DNA of 32,000 nucleotides from Mycolicibacterium xanthum (GCF_019710635.1 NZ_JAIFZS010000057.1:3775-35774), one strand, 5' to 3'. Shown: positions 17,018 to 26,185, counted from the first letter of the stretch. Numbers and translations: made by a program. Notes: a model not told the origin generated them from the sequence alone.

Positions 17018-18148
17018 ATGCACACTCCGCTGTGCGACCAGCTCGGCATCGAGTTCCCCATCTTCGCCTTCACCCACTGCCGCGACGTCGTGGTGGCGGT
17101 GAGCAAGGCCGGTGGCTTCGGCGTGCTCGGCGCCGTGGGCTACACCCCCGTACAGCTCGAGATCGAGCTCAACTGGATCGACGAGCACATCGGCGAGCAC
17201 CCGTACGGTGTGGACATCGTCATCCCCAACAAATACGAGGGCATGGACTCGAACATGTCCGCCGACGAGTTGACCAAGACGCTGCAGGACATGGTGCCCC
17301 AGGAGCATCTCGACTTCGCCCGCAAGATCCTGTCCGATCACGGGGTCCCCGTCGAGCACAGCGGCGAGGACGCGCTGCAGCTGCTCGGCTGGACCGAGGC
17401 CACCGCCACCCCGCAGGTCGAGGTCGCGCTGCAGCATCCCAAGGTCACGATGATCGCCAACGCGCTGGGCACTCCCCCGGCCGACATGATCGCCCACATC
17501 CACGACGCGGGCCGGGTGGTGGCCGCGCTGTGCGGTTCGCCGTCGCAGGCCCGCAAGCACGCCGACGCCGGGGTCGACATCATCATCGCCCAGGGCGGTG
17601 AGGCGGGTGGACACTGCGGGGAGATCGGTTCGATCGTGCTGTGGCCGCAGGTCGTCAAGGAGGTGGCGCCGCTACCGGTGCTGGCTGCCGGCGGCATCGG
17701 CAGCGGCCAGCAGATCGCGGCCGCGCTGGCGCTGGGTGCCCAGGGCGCCTGGACCGGATCTCAGTGGGTGATCGTCGAGGAGTCCGAGAACAGCCCGGTC
17801 CAGCACGCCGCATACGTCAAGGCCACCAGTAAGGACACCGTGCGCAGCCGGTCGTTCACCGGCAAGCCGGCCCGGATGTTGCGCAACGACTGGACCGAGG
17901 CCTGGGAGAAGCCGGAGAACCCCAAGCCGCTCGGCATGCCGCTGCAGTACATGGTGTCCGGCATGGCGGTGGCCGCCACCCACCGGTACCCCGACGAGTC
18001 GGTCGACGTGGCGTTCAACCCGATCGGCCAGGTGGTCGGTCAGTTCACCAAGGTCGAGAAGACCGCCACCGTCATCGAGCGCTGGGTGCAGGAGTACCTG
18101 GAGGCGACCGCGAGGCTCGACGAGCTCAACGAGGCCGCCAGCGTGTAG
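17018..18148 (+). CDS. Nitronate monooxygenase-like flavoprotein (2-nitropropane dioxygenase family)
   Basis: 'PLCDQLGIEFPIFAF', 'VSKAGGFGVLGAVGYT', 'DIIIAQGGEAGGHCGEIGSIVL', 'LPVLAAGGIGSGQQIAAALALGAQGAWTGSQW'. Confidence 0.9.
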   Translation: MHTPLCDQLGIEFPIFAFTHCRDVVVAVSKAGGFGVLGAVGYTPVQLEIELNWIDEHIGEHPYGVDIVIPNKYEGMDSNMSADELTKTLQDMVPQEHLDFARKILSDHGVPVEHSGEDALQLLGWTEATATPQVEVALQHPKVTMIANALGTPPADMIAHIHDAGRVVAALCGSPSQARKHADAGVDIIIAQGGEAGGHCGEIGSIVLWPQVVKEVAPLPVLAAGGIGSGQQIAAALALGAQGAWTGSQWVIVEESENSPVQHAAYVKATSKDTVRSRSFTGKPARMLRNDWTEAWEKPENPKPLGMPLQYMVSGMAVAATHRYPDESVDVAFNPIGQVVGQFTKVEKTATVIERWVQEYLEATARLDELNEAASV

Positions 18149-18157
18149 GCGGGTGGT

Positions 18158-19429
18158 TCACCGCCGCCGATCGGCGGCGGGTCCGTGGTGGGTCTCGTAC
18201 ATGCGCAGCGCGATGATCAGGCCGGACATCGCGGTGAGGGCGGCGACGGACCAGATCGCGGCGCGAATGCCAAGGGTGTCTGCGACAACACCGGCGAGCA
18301 GAGCGCCGACCGCGAAGCCGCCGTCTCGCCACAGCCGGTAGGTCCCGACCGCCCTGGCCCGCCACGCCGGATGTGCGACGTCCCCGATCGCTGCGAGCAG
18401 GGTCGGGTAGACCATTGCGGTCCCGACTCCCAGGAGCGCCGCGGCAACGGCCCACATCGGGTAGGTGTCACCCAGTGCGATCAGGCTCAAAGCGATTGCC
18501 TGGAGCCACATTCCGGAGGCGATGAGCCACTTGCGGCCCCAGCGGTCCGAGAGCGCGCCGGTGATCAACTGGCCTGCACCCCACACGGCGGGGTACAGAC
18601 CGGCCAGCACGCCGATCTTGCCGACCGACAGCCCCGCCGCAGCGAACAGGATCGGGAACAACCCCCAGGCCAGGCCGTCGTTGAGGTTGTTGACCAGGCC
18701 GGCCTGGCTCGCCGACGACAGCGCCGGCTCACGGAAACTCGTTTGAAGGAACACTTCGCGGTTGGTCAGTCGGTCGTGCAGACGGTCGCGGTCGCTGTCG
18801 GTGCGGATCACATGGGTGGCGGCCTCGAGCCGGGCGTGGCCGCGGGTCTCCTTGACCATCAGCGTGGACAGGCCGAGGCCCAGGGCGGCGAAAGCGATAC
18901 CGAGCAGGAACGGTGCCGGGCGCAGGCCGTAGGCCTGGGCCAGGTAGCCGGTGGCCAGGGCGGTCGCCGCGACCGCGCCGTAACCGGCGGCCTCGTTGAG
19001 GCCCATCGCCAGGCCGCGGCGGTGCGGTCCGACCAGATCGATCTTCATCACCACCGTGGTGGACCAGGTGAGGCCCTGGCTGATGCCGAGCAGCACGTTG
19101 GCGGCGATGACCCACGACCACGATGGCGCCCAGATCAACAACAGCGGCACCGGAACGGCGCTCAGCCAGCCCGCGATCAGTACCGGTTTGCGGCCGAAGC
19201 GGTCGGACAGCGTGCCGGCGAAGTAGTTCGTCGCGGCTTTGGCCACCCCGAACACCAGGATGAACGACAACCCGGCCGTGTAGGCGGCAATGCCGAATAC
19301 CCGCTCACCGAGCAGCGGTAGGACGGTCCGTTCCTGGCCGAGCATTCCGCCGACCAGGGCGTTGACCGCGACCAGCAGGCAGAACTGAGCGAGGTTGGCC
19401 CTCAGACCGAGGCGAGGTTCGCCGGGCAC
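18158..19429 (-). CDS. MFS transporter
   Basis: About 12 TM segments; 'GTLSDRFGRKPVLIAGWL', 'GALSDRWGRKWLIASG', 'GLNEAAGY'. Start chosen at GTG 19429; the ORF track extends to 19516. Confidence 0.88.
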   Translation of the reverse strand: MPGEPRLGLRANLAQFCLLVAVNALVGGMLGQERTVLPLLGERVFGIAAYTAGLSFILVFGVAKAATNYFAGTLSDRFGRKPVLIAGWLSAVPVPLLLIWAPSWSWVIAANVLLGISQGLTWSTTVVMKIDLVGPHRRGLAMGLNEAAGYGAVAATALATGYLAQAYGLRPAPFLLGIAFAALGLGLSTLMVKETRGHARLEAATHVIRTDSDRDRLHDRLTNREVFLQTSFREPALSSASQAGLVNNLNDGLAWGLFPILFAAAGLSVGKIGVLAGLYPAVWGAGQLITGALSDRWGRKWLIASGMWLQAIALSLIALGDTYPMWAVAAALLGVGTAMVYPTLLAAIGDVAHPAWRARAVGTYRLWRDGGFAVGALLAGVVADTLGIRAAIWSVAALTAMSGLIIALRMYETHHGPAADRRR

Positions 19430-19474
19430 CGGCGAAAGTCTACGGCGTGAAGTCGTTCGCGAACCCCCGACAAT

Positions 19475-19494
19475 TATGTAGAGTGACATACATA
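19475..19494. promoter_or_regulatory. Candidate TetR-family operator
   Basis: TATGTA-GAGTGACA-TACATA perfect inverted repeat in the MFS/TetR divergent intergenic region. Confidence 0.45.
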
Positions 19495-19518
19495 GCCCGT
19501 CGGCCGGAAGGAGCACCG

Positions 19519-20118
19519 GTGCCCACTCCGCGCGAGCGCATGGTCATCTCGGCGGCGCTGCTGATCCGGGAGCGGGGCGCGCACCCGACGGCCATCGCCG
19601 ACGTGCTCGAGCACAGCGGCGCGCCGCGCGGGTCGGCGTATCACTACTTCCCCGGCGGGCGTACCCAGTTGCTCTGCGAGGCCGTCGACTACGCCGCGGA
19701 GTTCATGGCCGCCCGGCTGGCGCGCGCCGGTTCCAGCCTCGACGCGCTCGACGATCTGTTCGGCTACTACCGGGAACAGCTGCAGGGCAGCGACTTCCGG
19801 GCGGGGTGCCCGGTGGTGGCGGTTGCGGTGGAGGCGGGCGACCCGGACAGACCCGATCAGGCGGCGAAGCTGCTCGAGCGCGCCGCCGTGGCGTTCGCCC
19901 GGTGGCAGGACGTCATCGCGCAGCGGCTCACCGCGGACGGGGTGCCCGCCCGGCAGGCGTCCGCGCTGGCGATGCTCGTGCTGACGTCGTTCGAGGGCGC
20001 GATCGTCATCGCGCGGGCGTCGCACGACCTCGCGCCGCTGGACCTGGTGCATGACCGGCTGCGCACCCTGATCACCGCCGACACCGCTGGCGAACCCGGA
20101 AAGGGAGACTCGAGATGA
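19519..20118 (+). CDS. TetR/AcrR family transcriptional regulator
   Basis: GTG start after GAAGGAG; 'AALLIRERGAHPTAIADVLEHSGAPRGSAYHYFPGGRTQLLCEAV' HTH. Confidence 0.9.
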   Translation: MPTPRERMVISAALLIRERGAHPTAIADVLEHSGAPRGSAYHYFPGGRTQLLCEAVDYAAEFMAARLARAGSSLDALDDLFGYYREQLQGSDFRAGCPVVAVAVEAGDPDRPDQAAKLLERAAVAFARWQDVIAQRLTADGVPARQASALAMLVLTSFEGAIVIARASHDLAPLDLVHDRLRTLITADTAGEPGKGDSR

Positions 20119-22373
20119 CCGACGACAAGGCCGACTGGCAGCCGACCGCGTGCATCCTCTGCGAGTGCAACTGCGGCATCGTGGTGCAGGTCGAAGACCG
20201 CACGCTGGCCCGCATCCGCGGCGACAAGCACCACCCCGCCTCCCGCGGCTACACCTGCAACAAGGCGCTGCGGCTGGATCACTATCAGAACAACCGCAAC
20301 CGTCTCACCTCCCCGATGCGCCGCAGACCCGATGGCTCGTTCGAGGAGATCGACTGGGACACGGCGATTTCGGAGATCGCGGCCGGGTTCCGGGCGGTCG
20401 CCGACACCCATGGTGGCGACAAGATCGTCTACTACGGCGGTGGCGGGCAGGGCAACCACCTGGGCGGCGCCTACAGCGGCGCGTTCCTCAGGGCGCTGGG
20501 TTCCCACTACAAATCCAACGCGCTGGCGCAGGAGAAGACCGGCGAGCACTGGGTTGACGCGCATTTCTACGGCAACCACACCCGCGGCGAGTTCGAGCGC
20601 GCCGAGGTGTCGGTGTTCGTCGGCAAGAACCCGTGGATGTCGCAGAGCTTTCCGCGCGCCCGGGTGGTGCTCAACGAGATCGCCAAGGATCCATCGCGCT
20701 CGATGATCGTCATCGATCCGGTGATCACCGACACCGCGAAGATGGCCGATTTCCACCTACGGGTACGGCCCGGAACGGATGCGTGGTGCCTGGCCGCGCT
20801 GGCCGCGGTGCTGGTGCAGGAGGACCTGTGCGACGAGGAGTTCCTGGCCGAGCACGTCACCGGGGTCGGGCCGGTGTGCGAGGTGCTGCGCGAGGTGCCG
20901 GTCGGCGAGTATGCACGGCGCTGCGGCGTCGACGAGTCGCTGCTGCGGGCCGCTGCGCGGCGGATCGGGACCGCGGGCAGCGTCGCGGTGTTCGAGGACC
21001 TCGGAGTGCAGCAGGCGCCCAACAGCACGTTGTGCTCGTACCTGGACAAGATGCTGTGGATCCTGACCGGCAACTTCGCCAAGCCCGGCGGCCAGCATCT
21101 GCATTCGTCGTTCGCCCCGTTGTTCCGGCCCGGCGGGGTGGGCCGCACGCCGGTCACCGGCGCGCCGATCATCGGGGGCCTGATGCCGAGCAACGTGCTG
21201 CCCGAGGAGATCCTGACCGACCATCCCGACCGGTTCCGCGCGATGATCGTGGAGAGCAGCAACCCGGCGCACTCGGTGGCCGATTCGGCGGCGGTGCGAC
21301 GGGCACTGGCCGCCCTCGAGCTGGTGGTGGTCATCGACGTGGCGATGACCGAGACCGCCCGGCTGGCGCACTATGTGTTGCCGGCGGCGAGTCAGTTCGA
21401 GAAGCCCGAGGCGACGTTCTTCAACCTGGAGTTCCCGCACAACACCTTCCACCTGCGGCACCGGCTGATGGAGCCGTTGGCGGGTACGCTGCCCGAGCCG
21501 GAGATCTGGGCGCGGCTGATGCGCGAGCTCGGCGTGGTCGACGCCGCCGAGCTGGAGCCGCTGCGGGCGGCGGCCGAACAGGGCCGCGAAGCGTTCACCG
21601 CGGCGTTCTTCGCGGCGGTGGGCACCAACCCTGGTCTGGGCAAGGTGTTGCCGTTCGTGCTCTACGAGACGCTGGGTCCGGCCCTGCCCGACGGGCTGTC
21701 CGGTGCGGCCGCGCTGTGGGGGCTGGCGCAGAAGGCGGCGATGACCTATCCCGAGGCGGTGCGCCGTGCGGGCCACGCGGACGGTAACGCTTTGTTCGAC
21801 GCGATTCTGGCCGGGCGCTCCGGGGTGACGTTCACCGTGCACGAGTACGGGGAGGACTTCGCGCTGATCTCGCACCCGGACCGCAGGATCGCCGTCGAGA
21901 TGCCCGAGATGCTCACCGAGATCCGCGCGCTGGCGGAGGCACCCGCAAGCCTGACGACCGCGGAGTTCCCGATCGTGCTGTCCGCCGGTGAGCGCCGGGC
22001 CCACACGGCCAACGACATCATCCGCGATCCGTCCTGGCGTAAACGTGACGTCGACGGGGCGCTGCGGGTCAGCATCGAGGACGCCGGGCGACTCGGGTTG
22101 ACCGACGGCGGTCGTGCGCTGATCACCACGGCGGCGGGACGGGCGGAGGCCACCGTCGAGATCAGCGACGCGATGTTGGCCGGGCATGCGTCGCTGCCCA
22201 ATGGCTACGGGCTGGACTTCGTCGACGGAGACGGCAGCGCGGTCATTCCCGGGGTGGCGCCCAACGCGCTGACATCGGGTGGCTGGCGCGACGCGTACGC
22301 GGGAACGCCATGGCACAAGCACGTGCCCGCGCGCATCGAGGCGGTCGGCGCGTTGGCGCCGACCGGTGGCTAG
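20115..22373 (+). CDS. Molybdopterin-dependent oxidoreductase (formate dehydrogenase-like / BisC superfamily)
   Basis: 752 aa; N-terminal Cys cluster 'CILCECNCGIVV...GYTCNKA', 'TSPMRRRPDGSFEEIDWDTA', 'VGKNPWMSQSFP', 'VLPAASQFEKPEATFFNLEF'. ATGA overlap with the TetR gene. Confidence 0.88.
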   Translation: MTDDKADWQPTACILCECNCGIVVQVEDRTLARIRGDKHHPASRGYTCNKALRLDHYQNNRNRLTSPMRRRPDGSFEEIDWDTAISEIAAGFRAVADTHGGDKIVYYGGGGQGNHLGGAYSGAFLRALGSHYKSNALAQEKTGEHWVDAHFYGNHTRGEFERAEVSVFVGKNPWMSQSFPRARVVLNEIAKDPSRSMIVIDPVITDTAKMADFHLRVRPGTDAWCLAALAAVLVQEDLCDEEFLAEHVTGVGPVCEVLREVPVGEYARRCGVDESLLRAAARRIGTAGSVAVFEDLGVQQAPNSTLCSYLDKMLWILTGNFAKPGGQHLHSSFAPLFRPGGVGRTPVTGAPIIGGLMPSNVLPEEILTDHPDRFRAMIVESSNPAHSVADSAAVRRALAALELVVVIDVAMTETARLAHYVLPAASQFEKPEATFFNLEFPHNTFHLRHRLMEPLAGTLPEPEIWARLMRELGVVDAAELEPLRAAAEQGREAFTAAFFAAVGTNPGLGKVLPFVLYETLGPALPDGLSGAAALWGLAQKAAMTYPEAVRRAGHADGNALFDAILAGRSGVTFTVHEYGEDFALISHPDRRIAVEMPEMLTEIRALAEAPASLTTAEFPIVLSAGERRAHTANDIIRDPSWRKRDVDGALRVSIEDAGRLGLTDGGRALITTAAGRAEATVEISDAMLAGHASLPNGYGLDFVDGDGSAVIPGVAPNALTSGGWRDAYAGTPWHKHVPARIEAVGALAPTGG

Positions 22374-22379
22374 CCAGGG

Positions 22380-22901
22380 TCAGGGGGCGATCGGCGCCGG
22401 CAGCGGCAGTGCCGGATCGGCGGGCAGTGCCGGATCGGCGGGCGGCGGCGCGAGCGCCGGCTGCGGCCCGGCCGGCATGCCCGGTCTCGGATTCGAGCTG
22501 AGCGGACGCTGGGCCAGCAGCAGCAGCGCGTCGCTGCCGCTGACCTCCTGGGTCTGCATCGCGTGCCACAGATCGCGCAGGTAGTTCATCCGCGTCTGGT
22601 TCTGTGGGGTGGTGGTGGTGTCCGGCGGCAGGTTCTCCGGGCTCATCAGGTGCGGGACGCCGTCGGCGAGCGGATCGGCGGGCCCGGCGGCGAGCGCCGG
22701 TGCCGCCGCGGGCACCGCATCGGCCGCCGCGGGCACCGCATCGGCAGGCGCGGGCGTGACCTCGGCGACCAACGGGCCGGGGACGGGTGCCGGCACGGGG
22801 ACGGGATCGGCCCCCGCGGTCGGTGCGTTGACCACCAGCGCCGCGAACGCCGCCGCCCCGAGGACGGAGATCGTCTTTGCGTCGAGTCCGAGCTTCACCA
22901 C
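22380..22901 (-). CDS. Exported Pro/Ala-rich protein, hypothetical
   Basis: Signal-like N-terminus 'MVKLGLDAKTISVLGAAAFAALVVNAPTAGADPVPVPAPVPG'; repetitive PAAADAV and PADPAL motifs. Confidence 0.65.
   Translation of the reverse strand: MVKLGLDAKTISVLGAAAFAALVVNAPTAGADPVPVPAPVPGPLVAEVTPAPADAVPAAADAVPAAAPALAAGPADPLADGVPHLMSPENLPPDTTTTPQNQTRMNYLRDLWHAMQTQEVSGSDALLLLAQRPLSSNPRPGMPAGPQPALAPPPADPALPADPALPLPAPIAP
22406..22441. repeat. Tandem repeat, 18 bp x 2
   Basis: GCAGTGCCGGATCGGCGG repeated perfectly; encodes repeated PADPAL on the minus strand. Confidence 0.9.
22702..22743. repeat. Tandem repeat, 21 bp x 2
   Basis: GCCGCCGCGGGCACCGCATCG repeated perfectly; encodes the repeated DAVPAAA. Confidence 0.9.
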
Positions 22902-23071
22902 TTGCCCCTTTCAGGCCGTGTCGAGGATCTCACTGGATGCTTCCGCCGCGCGGCCGATTTCGTTACATCTCCCGGCCGGACTTCCCCGCACTTCGGCCAA
23001 GTCGTCTCGGCGGGACCCGGGTGTGGTGTAGCAATGCGGTTACGGCCACGTCGACGGTTAGGAGCTCCCGC

Positions 23072-24331
23072 ATGCCGACTCCCACCCTCCCGCCCGGCTT
23101 CGACTTCACCGATCCCGACCTCAACTGCGAGCGGCTGCCCGTCGAGGAACTGGCCGAACTGCGCCGCAGCGCGCCGATCTGGTGGAACGAGCAGCCGATC
23201 GGACACGGTGGATTCGACGACGGCGGGTACTGGGTGGTCACCAGGCACCGCGACGTCAAGGAGATCTCCAAGCGCAGCGACGTGTTCTCCAGCCAGGAGA
23301 AGACCGCACTGCCCCGCTACCCCGAGGGCGCCACCGGCGAGCAGATCGACACAGGGAAGTTCGTGCTGCTCAACATGGACGCACCGCACCACACCCACCT
23401 GCGCAAGATCATCTCCCGCGGCTTCACACCGCGCGCGGTCGAGCGCCTGCGCGAGGATCTGCACCAGCGCGCCCAGAACATCGCCAAGGCGGCGGCCGCC
23501 GAGGGCACCGGGGACTTCGTCGAGCAGGTGTCGTGCGAACTGCCTCTGCAGGCCATCGCCGGGCTGCTCGGCGTACCGCTGGAAGACCGCAAGAAACTCT
23601 TCGACTGGTCCAACGAGATGGTCAGCGATGACGATCCCGAGTTCGCGCACTACGACAACCGCAGCGCCGCGACCGAACTGATCATGTACGCGATGCAGTT
23701 GGCGGCACAGCGGGCCGAACACCCGGGCGAGGACATCGTGACCAAGCTGATCGAGGCCGACGTCGAGGGACACAAGCTCTCCGACGACGAGTTCGGGTTC
23801 TTCGTGGTGCTGCTCGCGGTGGCGGGCAACGAGACCACGCGCAACTCGATCACCCACGGCATGGTCGCGTTCACCGAGAACCCCGACCAGTGGGAGCTGT
23901 TCAAGCGGGAACGGCCGGCCACCGCGGTCGACGAGATCGTGCGGTGGGCCACGCCGGTGACCTCGTTCCAGCGCACCGCGCTGCAGGACTACGAGCTGTC
24001 GGGTGTGCCGATCAAGAAGGGCCAGCGCGTCATGATGTCGTACCGCTCGGCCAATTTCGACGAGGAGGTCTTCGACCACCCGTTCTCGTTCGACATCCTG
24101 CGCGACCCCAACCCGCACGTCGGTTTCGGCGGCACCGGCGCGCACTACTGCATCGGCGCCAACCTGGCCCGGATGACGATCGAGTTGATGTTCGAGGCGA
24201 TCGCCGAGCACATGCCCGACCTGGCATCCGTCGGCCGGCCGGACCGGTTGCGCTCCGGCTGGCTCAACGGCATCAAGCACTGGCAGGTCGACTACGCCGG
24301 GCGGGGCGGCTGTCCCGTCGCGCACCGGTAG
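23072..24331 (+). CDS. Cytochrome P450, CYP125-like (steroid C26-monooxygenase family)
   Basis: ATG after AGGAGCT; 'LPPGFDFTDPDLNCERLPVEELAELRRSAPIWWN', 'LAVAGNETTRNSITHG', 'HVGFGGTGAHYCIGANLARM', 'RSGWLNGIKHWQVDY' closely resemble remembered CYP125A1. Confidence 0.9.
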   Translation: MPTPTLPPGFDFTDPDLNCERLPVEELAELRRSAPIWWNEQPIGHGGFDDGGYWVVTRHRDVKEISKRSDVFSSQEKTALPRYPEGATGEQIDTGKFVLLNMDAPHHTHLRKIISRGFTPRAVERLREDLHQRAQNIAKAAAAEGTGDFVEQVSCELPLQAIAGLLGVPLEDRKKLFDWSNEMVSDDDPEFAHYDNRSAATELIMYAMQLAAQRAEHPGEDIVTKLIEADVEGHKLSDDEFGFFVVLLAVAGNETTRNSITHGMVAFTENPDQWELFKRERPATAVDEIVRWATPVTSFQRTALQDYELSGVPIKKGQRVMMSYRSANFDEEVFDHPFSFDILRDPNPHVGFGGTGAHYCIGANLARMTIELMFEAIAEHMPDLASVGRPDRLRSGWLNGIKHWQVDYAGRGGCPVAHR

Positions 24332-24665
24332 TCCGGTCCCCCGCAGCACCGACCGGATAGTCGACGATGCTGCGCCAATAGTCCTCGGGGATCTCCTGAT
24401 TCGCACGCAGCACCATCGCCAGCCCGATGGCCATCGCGACCCCGAGCAGGCCCAGCCACAGCCCGGCCAGCCCGATCAGCGCCCACATCACCGTGGTCAG
24501 CACCGGCCAGGGCGAGAGCAGGGCGAGCACCGGCGCGAAGAAGAACCCGGTGCCGACGTACCACGACGATCCGGCGCGGTCGCAGATCAGCACCAGCCGC
24601 AGCCAGCGCGGAACCGGAACCCGCTCGGCCGTCGGCGCGGAGGTGGGTGACGTGGTCGGGCCCAT
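24273..24665 (-). CDS. Small membrane protein, hypothetical
   Basis: 130 aa from ATG at 24665; two TM segments (FFFAPVLALLSPWPVLTTVMWAL; LGLLGVAMAIGLAMVL). Confidence 0.6.
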   Translation of the reverse strand: MGPTTSPTSAPTAERVPVPRWLRLVLICDRAGSSWYVGTGFFFAPVLALLSPWPVLTTVMWALIGLAGLWLGLLGVAMAIGLAMVLRANQEIPEDYWRSIVDYPVGAAGDRTTGARRDSRPARRSRPASA

Positions 24666-24724
24666 CGTTTCGCCTCTCTCCCGGCGGTCCTTCCACGGTG
24701 CGCCGCGCTGGTAAGCGGCGCAAT

Positions 24725-24737
24725 TACCTGTGAGGTA
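24725..24737. promoter_or_regulatory. Candidate operator in divergent promoter
   Basis: TACCT-GTG-AGGTA inverted repeat between the small membrane protein gene and the XRE regulator gene. Confidence 0.3.
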
Positions 24738-24768
24738 GTGGTCACGCTGCTCAGACCGGGCCACACTG

Positions 24769-25560
24769 ATGCCCATGGCGGGTGTGCACACTCACGGCGG
24801 GTCGTTCGGCGCGATGCTGCGCCGCTGGCGGCATCGCCGCCGGCTGAGCCAGCTCGACCTCGCCGTCGAGGCCGGCGTCTCGGCCCGGCATGTCAGCTTC
24901 GTCGAGACCGGACGGTCGGCGCCGAGCAGGGCCATGGTGCTCAGGCTCGCCGGTGTGCTCGACATCCCGGAGCGGGAACGGAATCGGTTGCTGATCGCGG
25001 CGGGCCTGGCCCCGGCCTACGCCGAGCGGTCCCTGGACGCCCCGGAGATGGCGGCGGTCCGCGCGGGTGTGCAGCGGGTGCTCGACGCCTACGACCCCTA
25101 TCCCTGTGTGGTCGTCGACAGCGGCTGGTGGATCCTGCAGGCCAACCCCGGCGCCACGCTGCTCCTCGACGGTGTTGCGGCCCATCTGTTGGCGCGACCG
25201 AATGCGCTGCGCATCGCGCTGCACCCGGACGGCCTGGCCCCGCGCATCGCCAACCTCGCCGAGTGGCGCACCCACCTGACCGAACGTCTGCGGCGCGAGG
25301 TGGCCGTCGTCGATTCGGAGCGGTCGGCCGAGCTGGCCGGCCTGCTCGCCGAGATCGAGTCCTTCCCGGGCGGATTCGCCGACACCGCCGATCTCGGCGG
25401 GGTCGCGGTACCGCTCGAGCTGCAGACCACCGACGGTCGGCTGCTGCGGTTCTTGAGCATGGTCACCACGTTCGGCACCGCGCTGGACCTCACGGCGGCC
25501 GAGCTGAGCATCGAGGCGTTCCTGCCCGCCGACGAGGCCACCGCCGCCGCGCTGCGCTGA
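24769..25560 (+). CDS. XRE-family helix-turn-helix regulator with MmyB-like ligand-binding domain
   Basis: 'LRRWRHRRRLSQLDLAVEAGVSARHVSFVETGRSAPSRAMVLRLA', 'MAAVRAGVQRVLDAYDPYPCVVVDSGWWILQANPGA', 'FLPADEATAAALR'. Confidence 0.88.
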   Translation: MPMAGVHTHGGSFGAMLRRWRHRRRLSQLDLAVEAGVSARHVSFVETGRSAPSRAMVLRLAGVLDIPERERNRLLIAAGLAPAYAERSLDAPEMAAVRAGVQRVLDAYDPYPCVVVDSGWWILQANPGATLLLDGVAAHLLARPNALRIALHPDGLAPRIANLAEWRTHLTERLRREVAVVDSERSAELAGLLAEIESFPGGFADTADLGGVAVPLELQTTDGRLLRFLSMVTTFGTALDLTAAELSIEAFLPADEATAAALR

Positions 25561-25622
25561 AACGCGAGGACCCGCGGCAATCCGGCCGGGCAACCGGCGG
25601 GCAGCGCATAGAGTCTGGCGAT

Positions 25623-26048
25623 ATGGAGACCCGACGCTTCGTGACCGCCGCCGCGGCGGGTGTGGCCATCTTTGCGGCGGCCGCGTGTTCGACCCCGGAG
25701 CCGGCACTCGGCGGCACCACCGCGACCGTCACCATCGACGGCGAGGACACCGGCGGTGCGCACGCCGTGCGGTGCCACCAGTCGGGGTTCGCCTGGTACA
25801 TCGAGACACCGGAGAAGGACAACGGCTTCACCGCGGTGCTGCGCACCGGCGGGGACGTGACCGCCGAGTCGGTGGCCTTCCGCGACTTCGGCGGGTTCAC
25901 CGGCACGTTCTGGGCCGACAACATCGGCGACGCCCGGGCCACCGGGACCGGCGGCGCCTACACGATCACCGGGACCGCTAACGGCAACTTCACCGACAAC
26001 CCGAGCAAGACCGTGACCGCGGAGTTCCGGATCGAGGCCGACTGCTGA
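25623..26048 (+). CDS. LpqH-family (19 kDa antigen-like) lipoprotein
   Basis: 141 aa; signal/lipobox 'VAIFAAAACSTPEP', 'GGTTATVTIDGEDTGGAHAVRCHQSGFAWYIETP', 'YTITGTANGNFTDNPSKTVTAEFRIEADC'. Confidence 0.82.
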   Translation: METRRFVTAAAAGVAIFAAAACSTPEPALGGTTATVTIDGEDTGGAHAVRCHQSGFAWYIETPEKDNGFTAVLRTGGDVTAESVAFRDFGGFTGTFWADNIGDARATGTGGAYTITGTANGNFTDNPSKTVTAEFRIEADC

Positions 26049-26049
26049 A

Positions 26050-26185
26050 CTGCCGCCGCCGGCAAGCCGACGCCGGCCTGCTTGGCCTCCGCCACGACGG
26101 CGCGCGCCGCATCCGAAACCGCCTTTAGCTCCCCGTCGGGAAAGACCATCGCGCCACTCGGGAACGAGATCAGGTACTTCGTCAT
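26050..26185 (-). pseudogene. Truncated YCII-like protein N-terminal remnant (approximate end)
   Basis: 'MTKYLISFPSGAMVFPDGELKAVSDAARAVVAEAKQAGV' resembles the start of a YCII-related protein; the rest of the domain is absent and the frame runs antisense into the lipoprotein gene. Confidence 0.5.
26058..26077. terminator. Stem-loop after the lipoprotein gene
   Basis: GCCGGC-aagccgac-GCCGGC, 9 nt past the stop; no T-run. Confidence 0.3.

Noticed and set aside
22895-24406. 503-aa minus-strand ORF opposite the P450 gene
   Set aside because: The P450 frame has clear family motifs; this frame has none.
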